Below, one piece after another: positions 1 through 14,190 of a DNA stretch of 64,000 nt; position 1 is the first letter of the stretch, and each line of letters opens with the position of its first letter. The translations under genes and the position numbers were made by a program. Below the pieces are notes generated by a model that was not told the DNA's origin, did no database searches, and saw only the letters and a program-made list of their open reading frames with translations. This stretch comes from Convolutriloba macropyga (Eukaryota), in assembly GCF_964194025.1 (NCBI RefSeq), contig NC_134474.1, positions 13,826,001 through 13,890,000 on the forward strand, read 5' to 3'.

Positions 1-3000
1 GCGTTACGATAAAATATTAAAAAGTAGAAAATGTAATTTTGACGCTATCTAAAATGTCTCGAAAAACAGTTACTGCAAAATGTAAGGATGCAACTATAAG
101 AAAACTGTACACTCATGTATAGATGTATTGTTTCACAGAAGTTGGCACATTGCTGACAAATTGCGCATATATCCGCCGATTAGCCCTCCCTCTTTACGCC
201 TATGGGTAGCAAGAAGAAAAAATGACAGCCCTTTTCTCTTAGTGTCAAAACGTGGTCTAGGTTGGTGAGAAGTTTCAGTTAGATAATACAATTATACTTA
301 ATACGTTTTCTAAACTGAAGGCCATTAAACTGACTACCAATTCCAGCTATCAATCCCATAAATGAGCTCTTTTACCTGAATGCATCTAGAATTAAAAGCG
401 GACTTTGTCAATTAAACCCTTTTTGTTTAATTTTGTTCTTTCCTTTTCGTTGTTGAAAGCGAGAGCGAGATAAGTCAGATGTTGAACGTGATAGCGTGAA
501 TTATAAATAACGAAAAGCGTGATAAAGGTAAAAAGAACTTTAAGTACCGCCTAATTAAAAGCCTTAGGCTGACGGCGGCTATTAATTGGGAACATAGCCC
601 ACATATAACCGGACAAAAGTAGCCAAAGAGGCTGCTGAGACCTGGTAAAAAACTACTATAGAAAGTGAAAAGTGTTATGCTGCTTACTTCAAACTCTTTC
701 CTTTTTTTCCAATCAAATTTTGTTGTTTTTGAAGCAAAACGGCCTTATAATAAATTAGTTTGGGTGATGTTTAATTAGTTTAATTAGTTTAAATTCTCAA
801 TGCAAAATTAATAAGGGAAGTCATCTTTATTCAGTGAGATAAGTCATGGTGAAAAAAACATTGAATCATTGCAATAAACACTACAGGATGCAGTAGAATT
901 GCTTATTGCGAACGCTTATTCAGTTGCTTATTGATAGAGGTCAGCTAATAGTCACTCTGGAATTTATTGGTGGCTGATCAAATGGTTGTAAGGGACCCCT
1001 GCCCCCACATCAAACGGTTGATCTTACGGTAGGTGTCAAACTCTAATAACCATGACCTTAAGCCTCAAAATAGTTTCGGCGCATCGCATATTCAAGTTTA
1101 GTACGCCAAAAAGCTCTTAGAAAATTCGACGCCACGGGCGTTTTCTGTTTATCCGAGTTTTGACGACGAAAATTCAAAAAGAGTCGGACGAAATAATGGT
1201 CCAGCGAAATATTGCAAAAAGAACGGAGGAACTAATATATATGATATAAAAGATATTTCGATAACAATTAAACAAAATAATGGACAACAAGCGAATGACC
1301 AAAATTTCAATTTGGTCAACCAATCCAATAAATTTGACAAGTAAGGTGAATTCAGCCCTAGAATCAGAGGACAATAAACTCAATACTAACAAGTCAGCAT
1401 TATAGGAGGAAAATAAGGTCAGCTCTAGCACACGAAAGCAGTATACTCCAGAAACTTCCACAATTTAAACAAGTCTTTGACCACAAAACTTAGTGCCTGG
1501 GCTTTATTGGTTTAAATTTTTATTTCATTTTGCTTTTCTCACGTTGAAAGTATTTGCCTAAATTTGCTGAAAGCATTCCAATCAGTTGAAATAGCGAGTG
1601 AGCTAAGTGAGGAGTTAATGTCGAAAGTCGTGCCTTATATAAAACGAAGAAAAGTAAGTCGAATTAAAAAAAGAGCAATTTTTAGCAATTTTTCTTAAAA
1701 AAAGTTATCGAAGAGTAACTAAAACAAAGGAGATTCTTACTTCATTGTACTTTCAGTTTAGAAAAAACGGCGCATTTCTGCTACTGTTATTGTACGAGAT
1801 GTGATCGATCACCCACACCACAATCAAACCAAAGAATATTCATAAACTTAGCCTGGATACTAATTAAAAAAGATCAATAAAAAGTCACCGCCTCGAAAAA
1901 GTCACGGACCCAAAACTGTCGCACGCTTGAAGCAAATTTTGTACTAAGCCATTTTTGTTGCCCTTAAGAAAACAAAGATCCAAAAATACACTGTCACTTT
2001 GTTATATTCACTTTAGAGCACACTAAAATTGAATAATAATTTTTAGTGCAAACCAAATTCATTAACTCCTAACTGCTTACAAGTTAGGGTTTAAGGCTAT
2101 GGCAGATTTCAATAAGTTGTGCTTTCCGAGCATTTTGAACATTAAAAGGTATAATTCCGGCAGAATTCAAATTACTAGCATCGCTGCAACTAACTTATGA
2201 AAAAACGGTTCTTATGAAAAAACGGTTCTTTAAAACTGATTTTAAACAGACCCATAAATGCCTGCAAGCGTAACGATAAAATATTAAAATATAGAAAAAG
2301 AAATGTTGCGGATATAAGCGAGTATTTTCAAGAATGTTTTCTTGACGTAATCTAAAATGTCTCGAAAAACAGTCATTGCAATATGTAAGGATGCAACTTT
2401 CACAAAAAAGTACGCTTATCTCGGGATAGATTGTTTCACAGAAAATGCCACATAGCTGGCAAATTGTGTAAATATCCGTCGTTTACCACTCCCACATTAC
2501 ACCTATCGGTAGCAAGAATTAAAAAATGATAGCCTTAGAGTCAAAACGTGGTCTAGAAGTTTCAGTTAGATCATACAATTAGCTTAAATGTTTTCTAAAC
2601 TGAAGGCCATTAAGCTGAATACCAATTCAAACTATCGATCCCTATAAATAAAATCTGATAACCTGATGCACCTAGACTTAAAGACGGGCTTCATTGATTA
2701 CACCCGTTTTCTTTGGATATTGAAACAGAGAGCGAGATTAGTCAGATGTTGAACGTGACAGCCTGAATTATAACGAAAAATGTGATAGAAAGGTAAAAAG
2801 AATTTCAGGACCGCCTAAAAAAGCCTTAGACTGACGGCGGCTATCAATTGGGAACATAGCCCACAGATAACCGGACAAAAGTAGCCACATAGACTGGTAT
2901 TATTGTGCTGATTTTTTAACCAAATTCTGTTGTTTTTGAAGCAATACAGCCTCATAATTATTTAGTTAGGGTGATCATTATTGAGCTCAATTAGTTTACA

Positions 3001-5180
3001 TTCTCAAATTAAAATTAAAAAGTGATCGCAGAAGTCATCTTTATTGAGTGAGATAAGTCACAGGGAAAAATATCGCACCATTGCCACAAGCCCTACAGGA
3101 TCAGGAGAATCAATTATCGCGCACGCTTATTCAGTTGCTTAGCCATAGAGGTCAGCTAATAGGGTCACTCTGTAACTTATTGGTGCCTGATCAAATTTTG
3201 TATGGGACCCCTATTACCACATCAAATGGTCGATCTTGCGGTTGGGGTCAAACTCTAATAACCATCAACTTAAGTCTCAAAAAACATTTTTGGTGCATCG
3301 CATATTAAGAGTCTAGTACGCTGAAAGGCTCTTAGAAAACTTGACGCCCCCACGCGTTACCTGTTTATCTGATTTCTGACGCCCAAAAGTTAAAAGAGTC
3401 AGACGAAAAACTGGTCGAGCGAAACATTGCATAAAAGGCGAACTAAAATAAATGCTATAATGGTCATTCGAGAACAATTAAAAATATTGGACAACAGGCT
3501 AATGGATGTCAAAAAATTTTAATTTGGTCCACCATTCCAAAAAACTTGACAAGTAAGGTGAGCTCAGCCCCAGAATCGAATCTGTTTGCCTAAGTTGAAC
3601 GTATTTGCCTAAATTTGCTGAAAGAATTCCAATCAGTTGAAATAGCGAGTGAGCTAACTCAGGAGTTAATGACGAAATCATGACTTATGTAAAACGAAGA
3701 AAAATAAGGTGAATTAAAAGACAACACCTAAAAACTAGCAATTGTGAAGACCAAGGCGGCTATTGTTTTTTTTAAAGTTCTCGAAGAGTAACTAAAACAA
3801 AAGAGATTATTACTTCATTGTACTTTCAGTTTGAAGAAAATGAAAAACAGCGAATTTGTGATACGGTTTTTGTACGATCTGTGATCGATCACCCAGACCA
3901 CAATCACACCAAAAAAATATTTATACAAAACTTCACATTGATACCAACCGAAAATAAAGGTCAATAAAAAGCCACTGCCTTGAAAAGGTCATGGACCCAC
4001 TGCCTTGAAAAGGTCACGGACCCAAAGTTATCGCACGTTCTGAGCAAGTTTTATTCTTAGCCATTTTTTTTGCCCTTCTTCAGAAACTAAGGACTATGTA
4101 AGGAGTTAATGTCGAAATTCGTGACTTATGTAAAACGAAGAAAGGTAAAGAGAATTAAAAAAGGACGACTATATAATAGCATTTGTGAAGCTGACGGCGG
4201 CTGTTGCTTTTTAAATCTATTTCTGATTGTCTTCTGAACAGTTTCGGTGAATGACGTGCAGAGAAATAAGATCGGCGTAAGAGAACTTAAAAGCCCTGTG
4301 GATTTTACCTGTTTATCCCGTTTTAAGGACGAAAAACTATCAAACAAAGAGTTGGTGGTACAGAAAATGCATGGAAAAAGACCAGCAGCACTAATATAAT
4401 TGCTTAACATTTGCTTCAGAGCAATTAGAAAAACAACACGAAGACTCGCTAAACTATGCAAACCATTCACTTATTTGTGCTGATCATTTTGAAACACGGA
4501 TGAAAAATCTACCAAATGAAAAACATAGCTGGCAGATTGCCAGAAAATAGCCGCAATAGCTTCGTAGATCTGCAGTCTAAAAAACAGTACAAAAGACAGC
4601 AAAAATTACTCTTCATTAAAGGTTGAGATGTTATATTTTGATTAGGAGTCTGTATAAATTATTATTGCATCTATTAGCTGCTCTCAAAAAACCTTTATTT
4701 AGAGTGCCACACATTCACTTGACCTTATCTCTTTGAATTAGAGTAAAGAAACGTCAGTTTCAAAGTGCGGAAGTCATTTTTGTGAGTGAGGTAAGTCACG
4801 TGCGACCAAAAACTTAATCACGCGAATGAACAAAAAACTTGCACCACTAAGAGTGAGAAATGACTTCACACACGCACTTCAGTTGAAATTGCACGAGCGA
4901 ATGAACAAAAATCAGATGTGAAGCGGCTGTGACGTCAAATGGTCAACAAAAATCTGGACGAAATAAAGAAAACCAAGAGAAGTCCTGTTAATTTTCACGG
5001 TCTCTACCAAAATTTGTTGGTCAGACGAGAAATGGATTCTCGACAGAAGCATTAAATACTCAGCTATCAGGCCCATGTGATTTCCTATCTTACAATCGCT
5101 TTTATTTTAGCAGCATAACTTTCAATTCACACACGTTTTCAATAATTGCTTCAAACTTCGTTCGAGAGCAATTAATAACG
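1..5180 (+). repeat. degenerate tandem array of a ~2.27 kb unit (1-2267, 2268-~4085, then rearranged partial copies)
   Basis: GCGTTACGATAAAATATTAAAA at 1 vs GCGTAACGATAAAATATTAAAA at 2268, with collinear similarity throughout; sub-blocks recur at ~4098-4210, 4290-4430, 4520, 4770 and 5140-5175. Confidence 0.88.
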
Positions 5181-5537
5181 TACATTTGAAATCACTTTTT
5201 TTTTACAAAAACCACTTTGAAAAAGCTGCAGGATATAGCTCAAAATTTTGCTCACTTACAATCTCCCGCCTACTTTTCTCGTATCAGCATAACCATTACT
5301 CTGTCTTCGCTTCGCTCTTCAATTATGTGCAAAAACCAAAAATGAAAACCAAATTTCGTCGCGTGGTGCATCATTGACTTTTACATCTGTTTCAGAACCA
5401 TGCAACTGATTTTTTAAAATATACCATCACAAACTCATCTTGAAAAGCGAAAAACCACGATGTAACCAATTATAGGCACGCTATAGACTCGCGGCTGTTA
5501 AACAAAGAAACAATTTTCAGAACTTTTATGTTCCTAC

Positions 5538-5826
5538 CTAGAAATCCCTGATTGTTCGATTCCATAGGTGCCCCGGAACCATCAATCTGTCCCGGTGGAA
5601 GAGCATTAGCGCCGTGGCCAGATGTCAACAGCTGAAGTTCTGAGTCGGTAATTAAAGCTCCCATGTATTGACGATGTTTCTGCCACATTTCTCTGAAGTG
5701 CGGTGCCGATATGCGGAGCAGTTCCGAGTATTCACTAGTCACAACTGTTGCTCTCCGAGGCGAGTTTGTCAGCACCGAGTCACCAAAAACAGTTCCAGTA
5801 CCAAGCGTACAAATAGTGACTTCGTC
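5538..5826 (-). CDS. RAPGEF4: RAPGEF4-like coding exon 3 (phosphate-binding cassette and end of CNB-A, linker)
   Basis: TTTTCAG|GAC GAA... gives [58 protein letters not shown]..., matching Epac2 DAVTICTLGIGTAFGESIL.N.PR.AT.VT...SELLRI. Donor taken as CTAG|GTAGGA (3' boundary less certain). Later exons lie outside the window. Confidence 0.9.
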
Positions 5827-6039
5827 CTGAAAATAGATGAGTTCATGTTAGAACACATTGGGGAAGCATTTCCTTCCCGTTGCTAGAATTTTAACATCTA
5901 TAATCGCCATTTTGACACCCTTATAACAGCATAAAAATTGAAATGATTACCCACCACTTGAGCTAAACAGTCATTTTCAACACGAAACTTTTCCATATTC
6001 TTATAAAAGAATTTAGTTACTCGCAACATCCAAAAATAT

Positions 6040-9000
6040 TCTACCAGGCAGTAGCTTACGAACCTCGTCGAATATCATTTTAAACCATGGTATTCATCAA
6101 CACTGTTCAAACACTTCGTGTTTATTCTGCATCCATTTTTTTGTTCTTTGATTTGGTAAATTTATTTAATCTGTCCTTCAATTTTAACTTCCGTAGTCGA
6201 CTAGAATTCCTCAAATGATGTCAGAAGCTAGAGATTCTGTTGGTAATCAAATTCAAATGGATAGGACCGCAATCAACGATATAGCGAACTCGACTGTCCT
6301 GGAAAGCAAAATTGCTTGTAATGTCTCTGAAGCAAAGCCCGAACTCAGATATCACGGAGAAACACCAATTAGAAATGGTAAAGACCTTGATACTCCCGTT
6401 ACAAAAATTGTTAAAAGGAGCTGTACAGTTCTTAGTCCAGTGGAAGAGTCAAATTCAGAGAAGACAGTAGAATCTAGCATTAAAAGATCAATTGATAATT
6501 TAGTTCCGTGTATACTTGAAACCATTAGGACAGAACTGCGCAATACTATCAGTGAAATTGTAGATGCCAAAATTAGTGACCTAAGAAATTAAATCGATGG
6601 TAAAGTCAACTTGGAAGCTGCCAAATCAAAGCTCAAAACTTTCTAAATCGGAGCCCTTTGAAACGTATAACAGAAGAGAAAATATCAAACTGCTTGGGTT
6701 TTCTCCATGTTCAACTGAAGGTAAAGAAATTTATCAACAGACATCGAAGTTAATTGTTGATGTTGCAGCAGACATCGGTATGAATTTGAAGGAGGAGGAC
6801 ATCTCAATTGCGCACCGACTGCCATCAAATTCCGAAAAACCAATAATAGCAAAATTTGTGCGCAGAATAACAAAACTTGACTTCATGAAAAAGAAAAGAA
6901 ACTTGGCTCAATCGGACACTTACAAAAACGTCAAAGTATTTAAAGATTGGAGTAAAGCGCGAGTTAATTTTAACAACTTGATGAAGGCAGATGATAGAAT
7001 TAATTCAGTATGGTCAACGGAGGGCACTTTGTTCTATGAGTGGAAGTATGACAATTTAGCCTACAAAATTCATGGTTTGTACGAAGGTAGAATTGATCTC
7101 AATTACAGCATAGAAAGTGTACTAAACTGTTTCAACTCCTTTATTCCACCACAACGCGCAAATATCAATGATCAAATTTTTTGTCAGCCAATTTTCTCAC
7201 ACGACAAACAGAAAACCCAACATCAATCAGCGATTCCCTCAAGTGTCTCAAATTTCAGATTTCTGGACCAAGGTTCTGGACAAAGATTTTTTTTTTCGTC
7301 CCCAATGCTGAAGGTTCAATACATAAAAGTAACACAAAAACTATAACTATCCTCAATGTAAATGTTAGAACTCTAAGAAAAAACTTGTTGAACCTAGAAG
7401 CTTTTATTTATAGTCTGGATGTACAACCTGATGTATTTTGTTTAACTGAAACCTGGCTTTCTGAAACAGATGAAACTTCCAACTATCTTGTTACTGGATA
7501 CAATAGTTTTGTAGCGACGAATAGGAATTCCAAAGGTGGTTGAGTCATGTTGCAAAGTAATAAATTTTGCAGTATTACAACGGAAAGCAAGATCGAGTTT
7601 CAGGAAGCTCTTTGTGTAGATATCTGCAAAAAAAAACAAACGTTTAAAACTGTAGTTGTATATAACCCACCACGCTCAAACAAAGTTGAATTTGTCAGTA
7701 TGATGGATAAATTTTTAGAAAATCTAAGTTCGAGCAACAAGTCGGTCATTATTTGTGGTGATATGAATTTGGATATTATGAAAATAATTTGCTGAGCAGA
7801 AAATACTTGAACAGCATTACAGCAAATGGTTTCTGTATTTCCTCTCCCGAGCCAACATGTTCAACTAATGAGTACAGTTCTTGCTTGGACCATTTCATCA
7901 AAATTTGGATCAGCATGTTTCTGTAGAAGTCCAAAAACATCAAAATTTTGCTGATCATAATCCCGTCATTCTAACGTGGCGAACAAGTGAAGATATAAAT
8001 TCATTTAAAGTTCGGAGATACTAGTTTTGTAAAAAATAAGATGCTGTGAGCCGTTATAAAATGGCATTGCAAGCTTATCTTAAGAAAAACAGTGACATTA
8101 TTTACAGCAGTGTCGATCCTGGCAATACTTTATCCACATTTAACCAACTTTTTCTTTAAGTGACAGAAGACTTTGCTCCTTTAAAAATTGCCGATAAAAG
8201 TGGTTTGATAATATGTTAAAAAATTTAAATCAAAATAAATCCATGCTTATTATGAACATATATAAAACGAAAATAAAAATGACCTGCTGAACAAATTTGA
8301 AAAATGTAGAATAAGGCTGGAAAAGCAGTTAAAGTTGCGCAAAAAACAATTCTATCTAAATGCTTTCCAAAAATGTTTCGGAAACTCTAGTGAGACTTTC
8401 AAACTACTCAATGAGCTTAAAGCCAAATCAAATAAATCACAAAATTTTCCTATCCTATGCAGCTGTTATCAGAAGTTTGATGAGCCTTCGGATAAAAAAA
8501 TAATGCAAACGAGTTCAACAATTTTTTGCTTCCATAGGATATCAAGTCAGTAGGCACCTAAATAAAAGTTTCCAACCTTCTTTTCCTAGACACCGATGCT
8601 CCATGTATCTTTACAAAACTACTGCGAGAGAGGTGCGGAAATTTTGACCAATCTTGACAACAAGTCATCCTCAGGTGTTGATGATATAAATAACATACTG
8701 ATAAAATTATCTTCAGATGTCATCAACCCCTACCTGGTGTTTCTGATAAATTTTTCATTTGACAAAGGTATTTTTCCTAAAGAACTGGCTCGAGCAAGAG
8801 TTCGCCCACTGCACAAAGAGGGGTCTAAACTTAACCAAAATAAATATAGGCCAAATTCACTTCTTGTAGTTTTCACTAAAATTTTTGAAAGAGCAAAGAA
8901 CAATCGCGTGTACCATTTTTTGAGAAATTTTCTTTGTTTTATAAGAAGCAGTTTGGTTTTAAACCTAAGCATAGTACAATTGATACACTAGTTGAGCTAA

Positions 9001-10377
9001 CCGAAACTGTTCGCATGAGACAACAACATTCGACCATTGTTAGTTCCTTTTTGGATTTAAAAAAGGCTTTTGATACTGTCAATCATACATTTCTTTTGGA
9101 AAAACTAGAGAGATATGGAATTAGAGGCAACTGCTGGAAAAAGTTTAACTCTTATCTGAATAATAGAATGCAGCAAGTTGTAATTAATGATACTTCTTCT
9201 GATTTGTGCGAAATCTAAAAACTGTTCCTCAAGGATCGATTTTGGGCCCTCTTCTGTTTTTAATTTATATAAACGACCCTCCTTTGGTCTGTAAAAATGT
9301 TGATATTTTACTTTTTGCTGACGATACTTACATAGAGGCAGTTGGGTGTTCTGTGGAAAATATAAAGTCAGACTTAGATAGCATAAACTTTTGGCTTGAG
9401 AGTAACAAACTTGTGCTTAATCTTAGTAAAACAGTTCAACTTAACTTTAAAAAAGCCCCAGCCAATCTTAGTTTCCAATTGAACAAAACTGACATCAAAG
9501 TTGAGCATTACTGTAATTATCTTGGGGTAAAATTACATAATAAGTTCTCCTTTCGAGCTCATACCGATCATGTGCAAATTAAATTAAGTAAACAATGTGG
9601 TATACTAGCAAAACTCAGGACAATTTCTTACTACAATTCAATTGTGACACCAATAATTCAATATGGTGCCTTGGTTTATGGTTGCTGTACGTACTCAGCG
9701 CTTCTACCGATCTACCTATTGCAAAAAAATTTTAAAAGTAGTATGTTTTTAGGAAAAAAGGCGATCACTGCGATATTTTTATGAGGCACTCGTTGTTGAC
9801 TATCTACGAGCTACACATATAAGAATTATTTAAAATTGGTTCTGAAATTAATCAATGGTCTACACCAGCAATATTTTTGCAACAATTTGTTTCAATTTAA
9901 ATCAAATGACCGGAAAACTAGAAGTGGGATTCTTAACATGCTAAAGGAACCGTTTTGTAGAAAAAAGTTGGAGCGCAATTCAATACGTTTGAGGTGCTAA
10001 ATTATATAACAAACTAAAGATAATGCAGATAGTTCCCGCTAATTTACAGAATGGTAGTCAAGCTGAAGTGACAAGTTTCTGTCATAAATTGAAAAACTCA
10101 TATCTGGTGTCAAACTATGAGCTAATTAGATTCGTTTTTAACTAAAGAGAACAACAATGTTGAACATGTGCTACTCTAGTTTATTGAATTGATATCCTAT
10201 TTGAATAACTTGTTTGCTATATTATGCATGTATTTAACGAACGTATATCAAGTCATCGTTGTCAATAATTTATTGGGCAAATTGAAAAAGAAGATCGCTC
10301 TGATCTCGTTATTTTTCCAAGTTGCTTGTTTATTTACATCTATTCAATAACGAAATTAATTCTTTCTTTCTTTCTTT
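6040..10377 (+). mobile_element. near full-length, inactivated CR1/L2-group LINE in RAPGEF4 intron (antisense)
   Basis: ORF1 6215-7346 with RRENIKLLG / IAHRLP / KPIIAKFVRR motifs; ORF2 APE endonuclease (ILNVNVR, LTETWL, VYNPP, ICGDMN, LDHF, DHNPV) and RT (YRP.SLL, QFGF, FLDLKKAFDTVNH, VPQGSILGPLLFLIYIND, FADDT, YLGV), broken by stops and frameshifts; ends in a (TTTC)n tail at ~10360-10377. 5' limit approximate, no TSD found. Confidence 0.9.
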
Positions 10378-10858
10378 AATCAGATCAGTGTTAGGACAGC
10401 TGGTGTTCTTTTTAAGTCATTCACTTTCCGAAAAAGTGAAAGATGTTCGAGACATCGTCTATTTTGCGGACAATAACATTTCTAAAAAAAATGACTACTG
10501 TGAACACCTGCTCAAAGCTATTATTTAACCAGCTGAATTAGTTCCAAAGTTTAGGTTACTTGCGGCCTATACAGACTTGAAGCACTGGGGGAACATCAGT
10601 AACATCCCGTTTCTTAAGACGAAAGTCAAATGGTTCAGACGAAAAATCGGTCAAGCCAAAAATTGCATAAGAGACAAACAGGATTAATATACATGCTATA
10701 ATTTGCTTTTGAGAGCAATTAACAACGATTTTCCGTAAAATTGCCTGGTAGATTCATGTAAGGTAAAAGATTTCAACTATAACTCATTGCTGATGAGGAT
10801 CAGAGGCGATGACATTACGCCACATAACAGCAGCTGAAGTGCGGCATCGACAAAAAAA

Positions 10859-10892
10859 TGAGAGAGATAGAGTGTGAGAGAGAGAGAGAGAT
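10859..10892. repeat. (GA)n microsatellite
   Basis: Direct inspection. Confidence 0.85.
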
Positions 10893-11199
10893 AAAACGTG
10901 AACGAGGGGAGAAGGAAAGAAACCCTAACCAACTGAGAGAGAAAGGGAGATGGGAATATTTTCCATGATGGGATTCGACTCTGCAACTTCTAGTTTTCAA
11001 GCCTTGTTAAAAAATAAATCAAAGAAAAAAACTGAAAAAGGCAAAAAAGTTTTCAACTTCGCAGTAAAAAAGCACAAAATCATTTTCTGTATCAAAAGTT
11101 CTATCACGTAACCCATCACCGGGACTTAAAAAGTTTCGCTGGCCAGTTAGGGTCACTAAACCAAGAAAAGGACAAATACATGAAAATTTTGGAAACTGC

Positions 11200-12690
11200 A
11201 AATTTTAAAAAAATCACGCTAAAATTTAATACATTAATATATTAAGAAACATTTCATAGTCTCAAGAGGCTATACAGTATCGCGGTTTCAAGCCAGAAAT
11301 AGTTTCACTGGCTCATAAAGATCTATACACTTGGAACATGATAAAAAAAGTTCAGAAAATTTGAATTTAAATTATTAAAACTGGAATCATAAAAAATTGA
11401 TGACCAATCCATTAACTCTAAGAAATTTTGCAGCAGCTTATTATCAAAACTTGGAGGAGGTCGCAGTGCCCCTAGTGCCGGAAAAATTTAAAAAATATTA
11501 AAAGAAATTGCTTAAATTCGACAAATTAAAATCTTGAAAAACGTTCCATTAGATCTATAAAACTGCGCAGTAACAGTAAGGCTAGAGAAACCTGAAACGA
11601 CAAAAAAATCGCAAAATTAAAAAAAATTGCTAAAACTTGTAATATTAAAAAGTTGAAATTTAATCCATGACCAAAAAAATTTTCAGTAGCTTATTATCAA
11701 ACCCTAACGGAGGTTTTCTGATCCACGAGGATCAAAAACCTGAATACTGATTATAAATGTAAAAAAATTGAAAAAAATGGCAAAAAAATATCCAAAAAAA
11801 TGCCAAAATTCGTGATGTTGAACTCTTGCAGAACATTCCATTACATCTAAAATTATAGAGTAAACAATTTTCAAAACCTAGAGGAGACTCGTTCGCTGTT
11901 GAGGCTGAAAAAACATAACAACAAAATTTTCAAAAAGCTTGAAAAAAAGCAATTTTTATTTAAAAATTTCTAAAATTTGTTACAATAAAAAGTTGAAAAA
12001 CTATTCAATGGCTAATAAAAGTTTGTCAGGAACTTAATATTAAACCCCATAGGATGTTTTCTGGCCCCTGGGTGTGGAAAGAAATGACCTCAATAAGAAA
12101 AATATTTGAAAATTGCACGTTTTGAAAAAAATGCTAAATTCGTGATGTTAAAAAGTTGAAACCATTCCATTACCACTAGAAACTATACAGTAATCTATTA
12201 CTAAAACATAAAGGAGGTTCCTTGACACCTAGGGCTGATAAGAATCTGAAAAACGTCAAATATTTTAAAAAATTGCAAAATAGTATAAATTTGCGTATTT
12301 TTAGCGGGTGGTTGTTCTTCAGTAGCTAGAAACGGGGGGAGGAGGTGGGTGCATCGAGGGCCGATGGGGGTGGGGGCAACAGTGGGGTGGGGGTAACAGC
12401 GCGCGGGTGGTGGGGGCAATAGTGGGTGGGGGGTCAACAGTGGAGGGGTCGTCAACCTCTTAGAACCGCCATTCACACCATAAGTATAAGTCTCTAAAAC
12501 AGTTTGAGCTGAAAAGCTCTAAGAGCACTTAGTGCCCACTGGGCGCTACCAGTTTATCCCGTTTTTGAGGACGATAAGTCAAAAGCGTCAGACAAAAAAT
12601 CGGTCAAGCGAAAAATCGCATAAAAGAACCGACAGGACTAATATAATTGCGACGAACTTCGTTTGAGAGCAATTAAACATATCATTTCGC
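11200..12690 (+). repeat. composite repeat: ~150 bp degenerate tandem array + G-rich minisatellite + conserved end module (Helentron/HINE-like)
   Basis: About 7 copies of AAATTCGTGATGTTAAAAAGTTGAAA..TTCCATT..AAACT..CAGTA..TTATTATCAAAACC..GGAGG (11200-12300), GGGGTGGGGG-rich block 12334-12448, then the module shared with 1140, 3355, 4305, 10600 and 14410. Confidence 0.7.
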
Positions 12691-13569
12691 ATATTTAAGA
12701 GCTGAAGGATAAAAATAACAACTAGATTGAGAGCTTTTGAGAAAGCAGTATAAAAACAATCTATTATGTTAAAAAAACGAACAGCTAAACACGATTTCTC
12801 TAATAATTTTCTAATGATACGCGATTTGAATTTTATGCACTGATATGTAAATATTTAACTTTAGTTATAAACGTAAAACTTATATGTTTGAAATCGAAAA
12901 ACGCCTACAGGTATAAATAGCCAGCGGTACTACGAAAAGCGAGTTGGTAAACATAAAAACTCAATTGTTAAACTTTTTGTCATTTAACAAATTGAACTTG
13001 AAGACACAAGATAGTGTGAAGTCCATCTTGAAGACAGAAGGTAGTACAATACCTATTATGAGTCAATTTTTTGAACAAATATGTCAAAGCAAATATTTTC
13101 TATAACGTGAAGAAGCTTATATTTCGATTATTTTCAGATACCACTCTCTTAGAGACGAGATATAGGCGTAAATGTTTTCAGCAAGTTTGATCCACAATAA
13201 GTAATCCGTGGGAGTTTTATGCAATCAGTCTCCAATCACATTTTTTTCTTTTTTGTCTAATAAAAGACGTGGTTACCATTTGTCTTGAGTGAAAGACAGA
13301 GAAGTGCGAGTATATTTAAACTTTCCCATTAGGTTGAAATAATATAATCGAAAGTTCCAAAAAATTTAAAACAACTGAACATCAGTGTGGTTGTTCAAAT
13401 GCCCATGTTTCTTCTCTTTTATATCCATTTCATTCAATTTTCTCTACTTTTTTGAGAATTGAAATCTGAGCATTGAAGTCCAAACAGTGAACTTTGAAAC
13501 TTTCGCTCCTTCCACCTGAGGCTATGCTCGGCAAAAATGAGCTAAACGTGAAGTAATGTTGGTTTTTAC

Positions 13570-13658
13570 CTTTGGATCACCAGTGTTGGAAACGTTCACA
13601 TCCAGACTCCCGGAGAGCACTGCATACCAGTTGGTTCCTATATCACCTTGACAGTACA
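13570..13658 (-). CDS. RAPGEF4: RAPGEF4-like coding exon 2 (89 nt, not in ORF track)
   Basis: TTTTAG|TG TAC TGT CAA GGT...CCA AAG|GTAAAA gives (L)[29 protein letters not shown], nearly identical to Epac2 [21 protein letters not shown]; phases 1/0 fit both neighbouring exons. Confidence 0.94.
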
Positions 13659-14190
13659 CTAAAACAGTTGCTTTCCTTTATTCAATTAGAATATGGTTAG
13701 CAAAATCTACCGCATGACTTCGCAAAACTATTTAATGATTGCAAAGAGGCAATACATTAACAGCGCCTAACCAATTTTTTGGAAGCTCATTTGATGAAAA
13801 TTGATGACGCTAATTACTCTCCACATCAGTTAAAATTAAAACTCTCAAAGCAGTTTAAAAATGGTACTTCGATGAAAATATGCCACACAGAAACGCCAAT
13901 CTTAAAACTAGAACTCAAACATTACGGGGAGGAAGACAAACATACCGAAAGAAAATTCAAAGCATAATTTCTCAAATCTTAGTCACCACAAAACAGTCTG
14001 GTGAATTTAGGAAAGTTTAGAACTTCCAGTTAATTTGATGGCGACAAAACGTAATGCAACCATTTAAAAAATTAAAAACGTATGCAACAAAAGATCGTGA
14101 GTTTTCAGTACATTAAGTCAAAAACCCCAGAAATACCAATAGCAAAAAAACACAGGGGGTCCAGATTGCCAGGTTGAGCAGGGTTACCCT

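Noticed and set aside
1149-5377. Short ORFs in the left tandem array
   Set aside because: Not preserved between repeat units and no RAPGEF4 DEP/CNB-B similarity; spurious.
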